A stretch of DNA of 43,563 nt from an uncultured Clostridia bacterium (GTDB taxonomy: Bacteria > Bacillota > Clostridia > Christensenellales > CAG-1252), in contig CAMOTC010000002.1 in NCBI GenBank assembly GCA_946625545.1, positions 1-43,563 of the forward strand. Direction: 5' to 3'. Every line of letters starts with the position of its first letter. Position 1 is the first letter of the stretch. Of this stretch, positions 17,454 to 26,895 are shown piece by piece. The position numbers were made by a program, and so were the translations under genes. The notes under the pieces are model-generated. The model searched no databases and was not told the DNA's origin. It was given only the letters and a program-made list of their open reading frames with translations.

Positions 17454-18316
17454 CGATCCCTCGCCACGATCTCCAATAGACCTTCTTTCACGTTACCGAT
17501 CGCATAGAATTCCCCACCGATATTGACCGCGTATAAGCCATCCGCGGCGTCCACGCGCTGCCTGACTCCATTCTCGATACTTTTTCTGTTTTTCTCGGAA
17601 AAATCGAGAGTTTTCAGAGATTTAGAGAACCTATCGAGGGAGAAAAAACCTTTGGATATATCCTCTCCTATCTCCTCGATCGTTGCCGCTTCTTCGATAC
17701 GCATACTGCCGTTTTCGATGCGTTCAAGTGCGGACATATATGCAGGAAGCGCGAGTTTATCCCCAATGTCGCGACAGAGAGATCGTATATAAGTCCCACC
17801 CGAGCATTCCACACGGAATCGAAAGGTATCATTGGAGATCCTTTCCGTCATTTTGCAATCGTAGATCGTGATACGACAGGGTTTCAGTTCGACCTCTTTC
17901 CCTTTCTGCGCAAGATGATATGCGCGAACGCCATTCACCGACTTTGCGCTGAATGCAGGAGGGATCTGATCATAGGTGCCGATAAAGGAAGCAAGCACCT
18001 CCTCGATCGCTTTATCGGAAAGCGTCGGAACCTCTGCCGTTGCCGTTACTTCGCCCCCTTCGTCGAGGGAAGTCGTGGTCTTTCCGAGCGTGCAAGTCGC
18101 GATATAGGTCTTTTTTTTCGTCAAAAAGTAGTTAAAAAGCTTGGTCGCAGATCCGACCGCCACACCGAGAACACCTGTCGCAAGAGGATCGAGGGTGCCT
18201 AAGTGCCCCACTTTCACCTTTTGACCGAGGTGACGGCGAAGTATCCCTCGGATCTTGATCACGGCGTCGCTCGATGACCATCCGATGGGCTTGATAACGT
18301 TATAAAACCCATTCAT
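17450..18316 (-). CDS. truB: tRNA pseudouridine(55) synthase
   Basis: Contains the catalytic-Asp motif GHLGTLDPLATGVL. The track start at 18331 is a TTG. The ATG at 18316 makes an ATGA overlap with the nrnA stop and gives a canonical N-terminus (MNGFYNVIKPIGWSS). Confidence 0.9.
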   Translation of the reverse strand: MNGFYNVIKPIGWSSSDAVIKIRGILRRHLGQKVKVGHLGTLDPLATGVLGVAVGSATKLFNYFLTKKKTYIATCTLGKTTTSLDEGGEVTATAEVPTLSDKAIEEVLASFIGTYDQIPPAFSAKSVNGVRAYHLAQKGKEVELKPCRITIYDCKMTERISNDTFRFRVECSGGTYIRSLCRDIGDKLALPAYMSALERIENGSMRIEEAATIEEIGEDISKGFFSLDRFSKSLKTLDFSEKNRKSIENGVRQRVDAADGLYAVNIGGEFYAIGNVKEGLLEIVARDR

Positions 18317-19269
18317 AGACAATCTTTGCAAGCCTTCAGAATATCATCGACAACGTTGCCATAAAAGCCGTTGATCGTAAATCCTGCGGCATTTTTATGC
18401 CCACCGCCCCCAAAGATCATCGCGATCTCATTCGCATTGACGTCTTTATGGGTACGAATGCTGACTTTGTAGGAGTTCGGTTTGACCTCAGTAATCGAGA
18501 CCCCCACTTCCACGCCCGCGATATTCGTGATATCGCTGACCAGATTAGAGGAATGCGCTACCGTAGTCCCCGTCGCGACAAAGTCCTCATGCAGAAAAGA
18601 GATGATCCCGATCTTATTATCCTCAAAGAAATGAATATTCGAGAAGACTCTCGTCTTCAAACGGAAAGTATCAAAGGAGATCGAGCGGAAATGCTTAAAA
18701 GAGATATCCGCGCTCGGGATCCCACAGGCGATGAGCTTAGACGCGATCATCATCGTGCGTTCACTGACGTTGGAAAAGGAGAAATTCCCCGTATCCGTCA
18801 CGAGTCCCGTATAGAGAAGCCCCGCGATATCGGTATCGAGGAGCGCTTTGTCCCACTGCTCGATGATCATATAGATAAGTTCGGCGGTAGCACCCGACTT
18901 TGAATCGATCAGATTATATTCAGCGTAAGTGCGATCCTGCAGATGATGATCGATGCACATCGTGTGACGCGCTTTTTTGAAGAGCGGACGATACTTCCCG
19001 AGGCGATCCTCCGCTGCGCAGTCTATCGCGATCGTGAGATCATAAATGCTTTTCACGGCATCCTTATTGACGGAAGAGACCCCAAAGAGATCACTCATAT
19101 CGTACTTTAGATCTCCGTCGCAAAATGCGGAAACATCTTTTCCTACTTTTTGCAAAAAAGTCTTCAGCGCGAGAGAGGAGCAGATCGTATCGCAGTCGGG
19201 GTTAATATGTGAAAAAAGCGCGATAGACTTCGCACTTTTTATCAATTTGATGATTTCATTGATTTCCAT
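18313..19269 (-). CDS. nrnA: DHH-family phosphoesterase (NrnA-like oligoribonuclease / pAp phosphatase)
   Basis: Contains the DHH motifs (HINPDCD, DCA, DHH) and the DHHA1 motif GGGHKNAAG. I prefer ATG 19269 (MEINEIIKLI), which has a GGAG 6 nt upstream. The longer track ORF would overlap rbfA extensively. Confidence 0.85.
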   Translation of the reverse strand: MEINEIIKLIKSAKSIALFSHINPDCDTICSSLALKTFLQKVGKDVSAFCDGDLKYDMSDLFGVSSVNKDAVKSIYDLTIAIDCAAEDRLGKYRPLFKKARHTMCIDHHLQDRTYAEYNLIDSKSGATAELIYMIIEQWDKALLDTDIAGLLYTGLVTDTGNFSFSNVSERTMMIASKLIACGIPSADISFKHFRSISFDTFRLKTRVFSNIHFFEDNKIGIISFLHEDFVATGTTVAHSSNLVSDITNIAGVEVGVSITEVKPNSYKVSIRTHKDVNANEIAMIFGGGGHKNAAGFTINGFYGNVVDDILKACKDCL

Positions 19270-19642
19270 CGTCATCTCCGGTATAGTTCTTTTCGGTTTC
19301 GTGGGTCTTTTGCATCGCATCGTCGATCAAATCGGTGATCTGTTTCGCCTGCTCGATCGAATCATCGGGAATAATGCGGAGATAGGGGACGGTGCGCATC
19401 TTGACCTTCTGCTTCAAGAGGTTACGCATATGACCCGTGCAATTATTCAGTGCATCGAAAGTCTCATCCTTGAGCGAGGGATCACCGAAGTAACTGACAT
19501 AGACGCGGGCGTGTGAGAGATCATCACTGATCTTCACCTCGAGCACGGTCAACATCCCGTGGATCCTCGGATCGTTGAGCTCATAGCGGAAGATGATGGA
19601 TAATTGCTTCAGGAGCTCGGAATTGATGCGCTCGATATTCAT
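19256..19642 (-). CDS. rbfA: ribosome-binding factor A
   Basis: [27 protein letters not shown]...VTDIDAGV-type KH-like RbfA sequence. ATG 19642 overlaps the infB stop (TAATG), with GAGGAGG about 10 nt upstream. The longer track ORF is an upstream extension inside infB. Confidence 0.85.
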   Translation of the reverse strand: MNIERINSELLKQLSIIFRYELNDPRIHGMLTVLEVKISDDLSHARVYVSYFGDPSLKDETFDALNNCTGHMRNLLKQKVKMRTVPYLRIIPDDSIEQAKQITDLIDDAMQKTHETEKNYTGDDDGNQ

Positions 19643-22167
19643 TACGCCTTGACCTCCTCGAGCATAAAGCACTCGATCACGTCGCCGACCTTGATATCGT
19701 TGTAGTTCTCGATACCGACGCCGCACTCAAAGCCTGTCAAAACTTCCTTAACGTCGTCCTTCATACGCTTCAAAGAGGAGATCTTGTTCTCGGTAATGAC
19801 CACGTTATCACGGAGAAGTCTCACGTCGGCATTCCTCTGGATCTTACCGTCCATGACCTTACAGCCTGCGATCACGCCTACGCCGCTGATCTTAAAGATC
19901 TCTCTGACCTCCGCCCTGCCGAGCACCGTCTCCCTAAACTTGGGAGCGAGCATACCCTTGAGCGCGAGAGAAATGTCGTTGAGTACGTCGTAGATGATCC
20001 TGTAGTTCCTGACGTCAACACCGTGTTTAGCGGCAGCCGCCTTGGAGTTTGCGTCGGGACGCACGTTAAAGCCGATGATGATCGCCTTGGATGTGCTGGC
20101 AAGCACGACGTCGGACTCATTGATCGCACCGACGCCCTTATGAATGACCTTGACCTTGACTTCGTCATTGCTGAGCTTGGTGACTTCCTGCACGAGAGCC
20201 TCGACGGAGCCCTGCACGTCAGCCTTGACGATGAGGTTGAGCTCTTTAAGCTTTCCTTCATTGATCTGCGCAAAGATATCCTCGAGATTGGGCTTGCTTG
20301 CGTTGTCTTCCTCGACCTTTGCCTTGATCTTTCTCTCTTCTGCGATCTTTCTCGCGAGCTTTTCATCGGTGAGAACGATCATCTTATCACCCGCAGAGGG
20401 CGCCTCGTCGAAGCCGAGCACGGATACAGGCATAGACGGACCTGCCGTCTTTACGAGCTTGCCCTTATCATTCATCATCGACTTGACCTTACCGCACGCG
20501 GAGCCTGCGACCATGAGATCACCGACACGCAGGGTACCATTCTGCACGAGAATAGTCGCGACGGGACCCGCCTTGTCGAGTTTCGCCTCGATGACGGTGC
20601 CGCGCGCGGGCTTGTCGGGATTACAAGTCGGCATGAGCTCTGCATTTACAAAGACGTTGATATAGTCGAGGAGCTCTTCGACGCCTTGACCGGTCTTTGC
20701 GGACACGGGGCAGACTTCGACGTCGCCGCCATAACCAACGACAAATACTTCGTATTTGGCGAGTTCACGCTTGACGCGCTCGATATCCGCGCCGTACTTA
20801 TCGATCTTGTTGATCGCGATCACGATGGGCACGCCCGCCGCTTTGGCATGGTTGATCGCCTCGATGGTCTGCGGCATGATACCGTCATCCGCCGCAACGA
20901 CGATGATGGCGATATCGGTGATCATCGCACCGCGAGCACGCATCGCAGTAAAGGCTTCGTGTCCCGGGGTATCGATGAATGTGATCATCTGACCGTTTTT
21001 CTCGATCGTATAAGCACCGATATGCTGAGTAATACCGCCTGCTTCTTTCTCTGCGACGTGAGAATTACGGATATAGTCGAGGAGAGAGGTTTTACCGTGG
21101 TCGACGTGACCCATGATCGTGACGATCGGTGCGCGCGGGACGGTATTATCCTCATCGGTATCCTCGGTGATGATCTCCTCGAGCTTTTCCTCTGCGGACT
21201 TATCCGCCTTGAGCTCGAGCTCGATGCCGTAGTTAGCGGCGATCAGCTCTGCCATAGAGAACTCGATGGAGTCATTGATGGTCTTCAAAACACCTTCCAT
21301 CAAGAGCATCTTGATGATCTCGGCGATGGGTTTACCGATCTTTTCGCTCAGGAGCTTGATAGGCACAGGATCGACAGTGATGACTGCCTTTTCTATGACG
21401 GTCTGCGTCACGACGGGAGCGGGCTTTTGATACTTCTTGCTCTTAAACCTTCTCGCGATCTCGCTATCGTCGATCTCCTTGCCGTTCTCTAATTCACGGC
21501 GAAGAATGCTCTTTTTGCTGGCGCCCTTCTTATCCTCATAGATATTGGGGACATTCTTATCGTAAGACTGCTTCTTTCCCTTTCCGCCCTTTTGCGGCTG
21601 CGGAGGCACAAAGAGCGTCTTGTCACGATCGGAGATCCCTCCGAAAGTATCTCTCGCACCAAAGGGCTTCTGTCCATAGGAACGAGTCCCGCGTGGATTA
21701 CGCTCGCTCTCGGGGATATAGATGACAGGCTTAAATTTTTTGGGTTCGGGTACGTCGGGGCGCAAGGGATTACGCTTGGGCTCGGCAGGTACTTCGGGAG
21801 CAGGCGCTTCGGGAGCCTTTGCCTCCTCGGCAGGCTTCGTTTCTTCCACAGGGAGAGTCTCGGGAACGGTCTCTTCCGTTTCCGCTACTTCAACGGCGGG
21901 GGCTTCAACAGTTTCTTCTGCCTCCGGAGCCTCCTCCTTGACTTCATTCTCCTTAGCAAGAGCCGCTTCGCGCTCGAGCTCTTCCGCCTCCTCTTTTGCG
22001 AGTTCCGACGCAATGAACTCGTCTTTCATAGCCGTGATCTTTGACAAGAGATCCTCCGCACGACGACGTGCGTCTCTGACTCCGACCGTCAAAGAGCGAA
22101 ATTTCGCCTTGTCAAGTTCAAACAAAGCTGTAATATTCGCCAAAGCGTCTTTATTCGTTTCACTCAT
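19642..22167 (-). CDS. infB: translation initiation factor IF-2
   Basis: 841 aa with an acidic/Pro-rich N-terminal region and a GTPase domain ([26 protein letters not shown]). It sits in the conserved nusA-infB context. Confidence 0.97.
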   Translation of the reverse strand: MSETNKDALANITALFELDKAKFRSLTVGVRDARRRAEDLLSKITAMKDEFIASELAKEEAEELEREAALAKENEVKEEAPEAEETVEAPAVEVAETEETVPETLPVEETKPAEEAKAPEAPAPEVPAEPKRNPLRPDVPEPKKFKPVIYIPESERNPRGTRSYGQKPFGARDTFGGISDRDKTLFVPPQPQKGGKGKKQSYDKNVPNIYEDKKGASKKSILRRELENGKEIDDSEIARRFKSKKYQKPAPVVTQTVIEKAVITVDPVPIKLLSEKIGKPIAEIIKMLLMEGVLKTINDSIEFSMAELIAANYGIELELKADKSAEEKLEEIITEDTDEDNTVPRAPIVTIMGHVDHGKTSLLDYIRNSHVAEKEAGGITQHIGAYTIEKNGQMITFIDTPGHEAFTAMRARGAMITDIAIIVVAADDGIMPQTIEAINHAKAAGVPIVIAINKIDKYGADIERVKRELAKYEVFVVGYGGDVEVCPVSAKTGQGVEELLDYINVFVNAELMPTCNPDKPARGTVIEAKLDKAGPVATILVQNGTLRVGDLMVAGSACGKVKSMMNDKGKLVKTAGPSMPVSVLGFDEAPSAGDKMIVLTDEKLARKIAEERKIKAKVEEDNASKPNLEDIFAQINEGKLKELNLIVKADVQGSVEALVQEVTKLSNDEVKVKVIHKGVGAINESDVVLASTSKAIIIGFNVRPDANSKAAAAKHGVDVRNYRIIYDVLNDISLALKGMLAPKFRETVLGRAEVREIFKISGVGVIAGCKVMDGKIQRNADVRLLRDNVVITENKISSLKRMKDDVKEVLTGFECGVGIENYNDIKVGDVIECFMLEEVKA

Positions 22168-22478
22168 CAGTTACTACCTCCGACAGTATTATTGAGTTCA
22201 TTTTCGATCGCCGAAGCGAGATGTTCTTCGCCGATCCCCACGCACTTGATCATCCTCCCTCCGAAATAGGACGGGAGATCCTCGATCAAGTACGACTTTA
22301 TATTTTTATCCGCGACGAAGCGCTCCACTTTCTTTAAGGAATTTTGGGATAACGCTTGATCGCACAGGACCAAATATATCTTTTTTTTACCGAGTAGGAT
22401 ATTCTCGTAGCCATAAACGATCTTTCCCGATTTGATGGAAAAACCGATATAGGCATTGATCTTATCATTTCGACTCAT
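22167..22478 (-). CDS. ylxQ: L7Ae-family RNA-binding protein YlxQ
   Basis: About 103 aa with IGFSIKSGKIVYGYENIL...LVLCDQALSQNSLKKV, located between ylxR and infB as in Bacillus. The start is ambiguous (TTG 22487 or ATG 22478), and neither has a clear SD. Confidence 0.75.
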   Translation of the reverse strand: MSRNDKINAYIGFSIKSGKIVYGYENILLGKKKIYLVLCDQALSQNSLKKVERFVADKNIKSYLIEDLPSYFGGRMIKCVGIGEEHLASAIENELNNTVGGSN

Positions 22479-22728
22479 AGGCGGCAAGGAGGAGATCGTA
22501 CGCCTCTTGAGAAACGGGCATCTTGAAAGAACGATTCAAGAGTCTGTTCTTCACGAGCAGCTTTAAGCACTCGGGATCGGAGCAAATATACGCGCCGCGA
22601 CCCGCCGCTTTGCCTGTCGGATCAAAAAGCACTTCGCCCTGCGGCGTACGCACGATCCGCTTGAGATCCTTTTTCTCAAAGAGACCTCTGCAAGCTATAC
22701 ACATTCTCCCCGACGGCTTACGAGCCAT
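22465..22728 (-). CDS. ylxR: YlxR/RnpM family (DUF448) RNA-binding protein
   Basis: 87 aa with RMCIACRGLFEKKDLKRIVR...DPTGKAAGRGAYIC, located immediately downstream of nusA. Confidence 0.85.
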   Translation of the reverse strand: MARKPSGRMCIACRGLFEKKDLKRIVRTPQGEVLFDPTGKAAGRGAYICSDPECLKLLVKNRLLNRSFKMPVSQEAYDLLLAAYESK

Positions 22729-22729
22729 A

Positions 22730-23797
22730 TCAGTCCTCCGGATTGTCGATAGAGTCCAAGATGGAGGAATACGGCTTCACGTCGATCTTCCACTCGGTCA
22801 GCTTCGCGGCAAGGCGAGCATTCTGGCCTTCACGACCGATCGCGAGAGAGAGCATATTGTCATTCACGATGACGCGAGCGGAGTGCTCTTCGTCATTGAC
22901 GTGGACCTGCACAGCCTTTGCGGGGCTGATCGCACGAGCGATAAACTCGGGAGCGTCTGCGCACCAGTTAATGACGTCGATCCTCTCACCATTCAGCTCC
23001 TGCACGATCACATTGATACGGCTGCCTCTCGGTCCGATGCACGCGCCGACGGGATCCACGTTGGGATCATCGCTGGAGACCGCGATCTTGGTGCGGAAGC
23101 CCGCTTCGCGCACGATCTTTTTGATGGTGACGAGACCGCTCTTTACTTCGGGTACGTCGAGCTCAAAGAGACGACGGACAAAGTCGGGATGGGCGCGAGA
23201 AACGATGACCTGCGGGGTGCGGTTGTTCGTCGTGATACGCCTGACGAGCACCTTGATCATATCGCCGACGTTATATCTCTCGTTGCGGATCTGCTCGGAG
23301 ATCGGCATGATACCTTCCATCTGGGTGGGCAGGATCTCGACGTAAACACTGTTCGGCTCGATCTTACGCACGATGGCATTGACGATCTCGCCCGACTTTT
23401 CATTCATTTCGGCAAAGATCTGATCCTTCTTGATATCGGTCAAACGCTGCATAATGACCTGCTTTGCAGTATGCACGGCGATACGAGAGAGGTTCTTCGG
23501 CATGATCTCCTGAGAGATAGTGTCACCGATCTTGTAGCTCGGCTTGATCTTGCGCGCCTCTTCGAGAGAGATCTCTTTCTCATCGTCGGCGACCTCTTCC
23601 ACGATGGTCTTGTACGCGAAAACTCTGATCTTCGCGTGTTCGGGATCGAGCTTGACTTCGATCGCTGCGCTGGTGGCGTTCTCCTTCTTGTAAGCGGAAG
23701 CTAATCCCGCTTCAAGAGAGGCGATAAAGTCGCCCTTGTCGATTTTTCTCGTCCTTTCAAGCTCGTCAAGTGCCGCAAAAAAGTCTTTATTGATCAT
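22730..23797 (-). CDS. nusA: transcription termination/antitermination factor NusA
   Basis: 355 aa with N-terminal, S1 and two KH domains (GACIGPRGSRI, LAIGREGQNARLA). Confidence 0.95.
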   Translation of the reverse strand: MINKDFFAALDELERTRKIDKGDFIASLEAGLASAYKKENATSAAIEVKLDPEHAKIRVFAYKTIVEEVADDEKEISLEEARKIKPSYKIGDTISQEIMPKNLSRIAVHTAKQVIMQRLTDIKKDQIFAEMNEKSGEIVNAIVRKIEPNSVYVEILPTQMEGIMPISEQIRNERYNVGDMIKVLVRRITTNNRTPQVIVSRAHPDFVRRLFELDVPEVKSGLVTIKKIVREAGFRTKIAVSSDDPNVDPVGACIGPRGSRINVIVQELNGERIDVINWCADAPEFIARAISPAKAVQVHVNDEEHSARVIVNDNMLSLAIGREGQNARLAAKLTEWKIDVKPYSSILDSIDNPED

Positions 23798-23805
23798 ATT
23801 TCCTC

Positions 23806-24267
23806 CTAAAATGTGATGTACGGTTTCGCGACCGCAATACTCTTTATTTCTATTTGCAATTCGCCCGACTTGGTCTCGAGCGAAACGATGCCGTTTTCAT
23901 AGGAGAGAAGCTTACCGATATGCTTCTTGCTCCCCGCGATGGGCGCATAGAGCGCGACCTCGACCTCGGTGCCGATCTTCTTTTGATAATCTCGCTCGGT
24001 CTTGAGCGGACGATCGAGTCCGGGAGAGGATACGTTCAAGACAAAGGGGGCTCCTGCCGTGGGATCCAATTCGTCAAGGGGCTGATCGATCGCATTAGCG
24101 ACGATCTCTGTATCGTCGAGAGTCACCCCACCCTCCTTTTCGGAATCGATGTAGATCGTGAGATGCATCGCATCGTGCTGTTTCTGATACGTGACCTCGA
24201 CGAGCTCGTATCCGAGACGCTCCAAGATGGGCCGGACAAGCTCTTCTACGCGTTCTTTGACAGACAT
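23806..24267 (-). CDS. rimP: ribosome maturation factor RimP
   Basis: 153 aa with ILERLGYELVEVTY...LTIYID...VSSPGLDRPL. It is the first gene of the nusA-infB operon, with a GGAGG SD. Confidence 0.9.
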   Translation of the reverse strand: MSVKERVEELVRPILERLGYELVEVTYQKQHDAMHLTIYIDSEKEGGVTLDDTEIVANAIDQPLDELDPTAGAPFVLNVSSPGLDRPLKTERDYQKKIGTEVEVALYAPIAGSKKHIGKLLSYENGIVSLETKSGELQIEIKSIAVAKPYITF

Positions 24268-24289
24268 AAGCCTCCGTTTAGATGCTTAT

Positions 24290-24320
24290 TAAATTAAAAA
24301 GTGAGCCATCAAGCCCACTT
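24290..24320 (-). terminator. terminator-like hairpin inside the rimP-nusA leader (possible attenuator)
   Basis: The leader RNA reads AAGUGGGC-UUGAUG-GCUCACUU (8 bp including one G-U), followed by UUUAAUUUAAU. It lies between the promoter (TSS near 24338) and the rimP SD. Confidence 0.4.
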
Positions 24321-24344
24321 CCGAAAAGCACCTCTACACAAAGA

Positions 24345-24373
24345 ATTATAGCACACACCAAAACATAATACAA
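24345..24373 (-). promoter_or_regulatory. SigA-type promoter (extended -10) for the rimP-nusA-infB operon
   Basis: Minus strand reads TTGTAT (24368..24373), 17 nt, TGcTATAAT (-10 at 24345..24350). The leader is about 70 nt. Confidence 0.6.
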
Positions 24374-24397
24374 CTAAATATAATAATATTTTTTATT

Positions 24398-25852
24398 TTA
24401 TTCCGAAATAAATGCATTCGCGAGAGCTACCGCTTCGTCAAAAGCATTCTCGATCTTAGTCCCGAGCGACTCCAGCGCCGATTGCTTGACGACGTGGAGA
24501 TCGTTGGAGAAGCGATAACGGAGAGGTTTCGCGATCTTATTCAGGATCTCGAGTACTGCCGCAGGGTCTGTCCCGACAAGGAGTTTATCTGCGGTAAACT
24601 TCAAGAGATCGGGAATGATCGTGGAGAGCCTCGGCGAGGAATATCCCATGCGATTTGCAAAATCGGCGATATCGGTATCCTCCTTAAAAGCGACTTTCAG
24701 ATAGGTATGGATATACTCTTTGATCTTGCCGTCCTCGATCAAGCATACGGCGATCTCGTAGGGAATGGTATCCCGCTCGGTATCCAAGGCGCGCATCGCG
24801 ATAGATACCGCACTCTGACGATTGACGGCGACCTTCTCGGGCTGTGACTCATAAAAATCAAATCCGATCTGTCCGTAATCGGTTTGTTTGTACTCTTTCG
24901 GTAGGATCACGCTGTACTCCGCAGGAGGATCGAGAGGCTTTGTCTGCTCCTTGATCGTATCGAAGGGGACCTTACAGAGCGCGATGGATTTCACAAACAT
25001 ACAGAGAGTGCCGTCATCGCGAGCGTTCACCCTGCCCTTACAAACGACCTCTGCGCCATTCACGAGGGCTTTATACTCATCATCGGTATTAAAAAGCGCG
25101 GATAACTGCCCCGTCGAATCATTAAAACCGAAGTAATAATAATGCTTGAAAAAGCGCTTGACCTCCGCGCGCTTGGCTTCGTCTCGGGTCTTGAAAGAGA
25201 AACGATTGATCTTGCCGCAACAAACGACGTTTTCCCCCTCACCCTTAAGGGTGGAGATATGTACGGCGGCGTCGCTGAGATCGCTCATCTTACCCGCAAG
25301 CAGGACTTTATCCGTAACGGTGACCGACTTGCCGTATCTACCCGAAGAAAGCATCTCGGCAGAAGATAGCGCGAGATCGCCATCCGCGACCACGTCGTAT
25401 TTCACCGAGATATCGATGGAGTACTTTTGTCGAAAGAACTCGACGACCTTTTTCTCAAAGTCCCCGCTCTTGATATAGTCGCGGATATTCTCCTGCATCG
25501 TAAAGCTGACGACGGAACGATTCAGGTCGATAGCTACGCGGGAATAGTCGATATTTGCCGCCACCAGCGGAAAGTTTTTGGAGAGAAACTCGGCAAGCGC
25601 GGATCGGACGCTCTCCCCCGTCAAGATGACCTTTTCAAAGTAACATTTGACGTCATAACCTACGCCGATCGCCTTTGCAGCGGCGTCGTGGATGGCAGTA
25701 ATGTCCTCATTCGTCAGATGAAAGTCGTAGATCTCTTCAGGTACGAGAAAAGTAACGCTCACCTTCCCCTCTGAGAGTTTGACCCGTCCGAGGCGCAGAT
25801 AATCGTATTTCTCGGGAAAAGTATCCTTGATGATCGACAAAATGTCAGTCAA
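24398..25852 (-). CDS. hypothetical protein resembling the N-terminal third of PolC (NTD + OB fold + degenerate exonuclease-like domain), without PHP/polymerase core
   Basis: 484-aa intact ORF with a TTG start preceded by AAGGAGG at 6-nt spacing. It occupies the syntenic slot of polC (ispG - X - rimP). Residues ~1-160 parallel the PolC NTD, ~205-295 parallel the PolC OB fold (VVCCGKINRFSF...FNDSTGQLSALF...VVCKGRV...MFVKSI), and ~340-484 loosely parallel the DnaQ-like exo domain (LDTE...YEIAVCLIEDGKIKEY...LLVGTD...AFDEA) with incomplete catalytic motifs. The similarity is judged by eye only. Confidence 0.45.
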   Translation of the reverse strand: MTDILSIIKDTFPEKYDYLRLGRVKLSEGKVSVTFLVPEEIYDFHLTNEDITAIHDAAAKAIGVGYDVKCYFEKVILTGESVRSALAEFLSKNFPLVAANIDYSRVAIDLNRSVVSFTMQENIRDYIKSGDFEKKVVEFFRQKYSIDISVKYDVVADGDLALSSAEMLSSGRYGKSVTVTDKVLLAGKMSDLSDAAVHISTLKGEGENVVCCGKINRFSFKTRDEAKRAEVKRFFKHYYYFGFNDSTGQLSALFNTDDEYKALVNGAEVVCKGRVNARDDGTLCMFVKSIALCKVPFDTIKEQTKPLDPPAEYSVILPKEYKQTDYGQIGFDFYESQPEKVAVNRQSAVSIAMRALDTERDTIPYEIAVCLIEDGKIKEYIHTYLKVAFKEDTDIADFANRMGYSSPRLSTIIPDLLKFTADKLLVGTDPAAVLEILNKIAKPLRYRFSNDLHVVKQSALESLGTKIENAFDEAVALANAFISE

Positions 25853-26888
25853 TGCCCGCCTCCTTCATCTCACGTAATAGCTCGTCCAGTATTTTATCAT
25901 TGGAGATGGTCTTCACCACCTCACCGTGCTTAATGATCGCGGACTTTTCCTTGCCGCCCGCTACCCCGATATCCGCATGCTTTCCCTCTCCGATGCCATT
26001 GACGACGCACCCCATGATCGCGACGGTGTAGTGCTTGCGAATATGCGCGGTAGCACGTCGAACCTCTGCAGCGAGCTCGTCCACCTTGATCTCGGTGCGA
26101 GCGCAAGTCGGACAAGAGATGACTTCGACAAAGTCGCGACGTAGGCCGAGCGCCTTTAAGATGGTATCCGCGGCGTACACTTCTTGAATGGGATCGCCCG
26201 TCACGGACACGCGGATCGTATCACCGATCCCATCCATCAATAGGGATCCTATCCCGATATACGACTTTGCTATAGCAAGGTCACCCCCGCCCGCCTCGGT
26301 CACGCCGATATGGAGAGGATAGTCAACGGATCTCGAAATAATGCGATACGCGGCGGTATTCATCGTGACGTCACTGCACTTAGCGGAGATCACGATATCG
26401 TCAAAACCGCACGCTTCGAGGAGGGATACGCTATGAAGCGCGCTATCTGCAAGCGCCTCGGCAGTATAGCCGTAACGATCCAAAGAGGACTTTTCGAGAG
26501 AACCGCCGTTCACTCCCACACGAATGGGAATACCATGGTCCTTGCAAGCGGCAGCCACCTCACGGAGGGCTCTGTCTCCGCCGATATTCGAGGGATTGAT
26601 ACGGATCTTATCGATGCCGTTCTCGATCGCTTTTAAGGCGAGAGTATGATCAAAGTGAATATCTGCGACGAGAGGGATAGTCGTTTCGCGCTTGATCTCC
26701 TTGATCGCCTCGGCAGCGAGAGGGGTATTTACGCTCATACGAACGATATCACACCCCGCTCTCTCTAATCGGCGGATCTGCGCCAAAGTAGCGGGGACGT
26801 CCTCCGTCCTCGTATTCGTCATAGATTGTACGGTGATCTCGGCGCCTCCGCCGATATACCGATCTTTTATCCGAATGCGTTTCGTCAT
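25845..26888 (-). CDS. ispG: 4-hydroxy-3-methylbut-2-en-1-yl diphosphate synthase (flavodoxin)
   Basis: 347 aa with VQSMTNT, RVGVNGGSL and CPTCART...GCVVNGIGEG cluster motifs. Confidence 0.95.
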   Translation of the reverse strand: MTKRIRIKDRYIGGGAEITVQSMTNTRTEDVPATLAQIRRLERAGCDIVRMSVNTPLAAEAIKEIKRETTIPLVADIHFDHTLALKAIENGIDKIRINPSNIGGDRALREVAAACKDHGIPIRVGVNGGSLEKSSLDRYGYTAEALADSALHSVSLLEACGFDDIVISAKCSDVTMNTAAYRIISRSVDYPLHIGVTEAGGGDLAIAKSYIGIGSLLMDGIGDTIRVSVTGDPIQEVYAADTILKALGLRRDFVEVISCPTCARTEIKVDELAAEVRRATAHIRKHYTVAIMGCVVNGIGEGKHADIGVAGGKEKSAIIKHGEVVKTISNDKILDELLREMKEAGID

Positions 26889-26895
26889 AGTTTCG

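Noticed and set aside
20023-21492. 489-aa plus-strand ORF, together with 20144..20665 and 21592..22195, opposite infB
   Set aside because: It lies entirely antisense to the unmistakable IF-2 gene. Its composition is low-complexity and D/R/L/H-rich, it has no SD, and it is explained by depletion of stop-complement codons in the sense frame.
22523-23704. 393-aa plus-strand ORF opposite ylxR and nusA
   Set aside because: It is antisense to two conserved genes and spans their junction, with a biased composition. I treat it as an artefact.
24398-25852. Interpretation of the 484-aa ORF as a recently truncated polC pseudogene
   Set aside because: The ORF is intact with an optimal SD. It lacks the PHP-N segment that lies between the OB fold and the exonuclease in real PolC, it is far too diverged, and no polymerase-domain remnants are visible in the 130 nt before rimP. 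An old, maintained paralogue is the more plausible explanation.
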